A stretch of 64,000 nt of DNA, taken from positions 1 through 64,000 of the forward strand of contig JAUCBJ010007482.1 in the NCBI GenBank assembly GCA_032718475.1, read 5' to 3'. Below the pieces are notes generated by a model. It saw only the letters and a program-made list of their open reading frames with translations, did not search any database and was not told the DNA's origin. Position 1 is the first letter of the stretch. Every line of letters starts with the position of its first letter. Shown here in pieces: positions 63,501-64,000 of this stretch. The stretch is from Nemertoderma westbladi (lineage: Eukaryota > Animalia > Xenacoelomorpha). The position numbers and the translations under genes are program-made.

Positions 63501-64000
63501 TCAACACAAATAAGTCTGTTGTGGAAATTAGAGATAGAGATTGGAAATCTGGAATACCAGACGTCTCGCAAGGAATCTCACCCATGCTGCAGAGAGCAAT
63601 GCATCATTACAGTTCCTGGAATCGGCTCTGTAAAGCCGTCACATATTTAAGACGATGTTTTCATCATCACTACTCCAGGACGAAGACCACTAGTGATAAC
63701 GCTCCATTGACATCTGCACAAGTTCATGTTATTAAAAATTTACCCAAATATAAGACATCTGACCGTTTTCTAAAGGAGAAAATTAGTCACCAGGAGCATG
63801 AAGAAACCAATAAGCAGATACTAAGACTCCTGCAATGCTATGAGGATTCCGAAAAGTATTTCCTGTTGTTGAGAAATCCGCAGATGCGCTTAAGGGATCG
63901 ATTCTCGAGCACAATGATAGATGGGTTAATACGTGTTGGAGGAAGACTCACCAATGCGCGCTTATCCTTTGACACCAAATTCCCCATACTTATTAGAAAT
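60557..64000 (+). CDS. pol: BEL/Pao Pol (PR, RT, RNase H, start of the integrase region), in frame with gag after one TGA; apparently open to the window end
   Basis: Same frame as gag: ALLDSGS, YEIGLPF, RVVFDGS, LNSELLPGP, SDIEGMFLQV, YMDD (62360), LGLKWD, DPLG, HVFGDAS, VPRAEL, WTDA, NPADIASRG, GLIRVGGRL. Not in the ORF track, consistent with no stop before 64000. Confidence 0.92.

Larger units (their letters stand above)
53666..64000 (+). mobile_element. BEL/Pao LTR retrotransposon copy 2 (continues beyond the window)
   Basis: 5' LTR homologous to copy 1, a ~3-kb leader collinear with 20172-22800, then gag and pol with PR, RT and RNase H. Confidence 0.95.

Overview
This window is AT-rich eukaryotic DNA, very probably from a metazoan invertebrate, and is almost entirely nested transposable elements. 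No intact host gene is evident. Retroelements: scrambled Gypsy RT/RNase H remnants (1-8 kb); a non-autonomous BEL/Pao element with ~99% identical LTRs, Gag-PR only and a decayed extra 3' ORF (11.6-23.3 kb, -); a 5'-truncated RTE LINE; a full-length GalEa-type Copia; a 2-kb Gag-PR-only Gypsy; and a second, nearly intact BEL/Pao copy running off the right edge. There are also many non-autonomous DNA transposons (Tc1/mariner-like, MULE-like, piggyBac-like, Crypton-like), satellites and a decayed spliced gene. The most striking signal is a ~100-nt Pol III/tRNA-like unit at 35802-35904 (-) in which a complete minimal type-I hammerhead ribozyme replaces the anticodon arm between the A and B boxes. 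Paralog comparisons also reveal repeated TA-CAG-TA insertions typical of Tc1/mariner excision footprints. All calls come from reading the sequence by eye; no searches were run.
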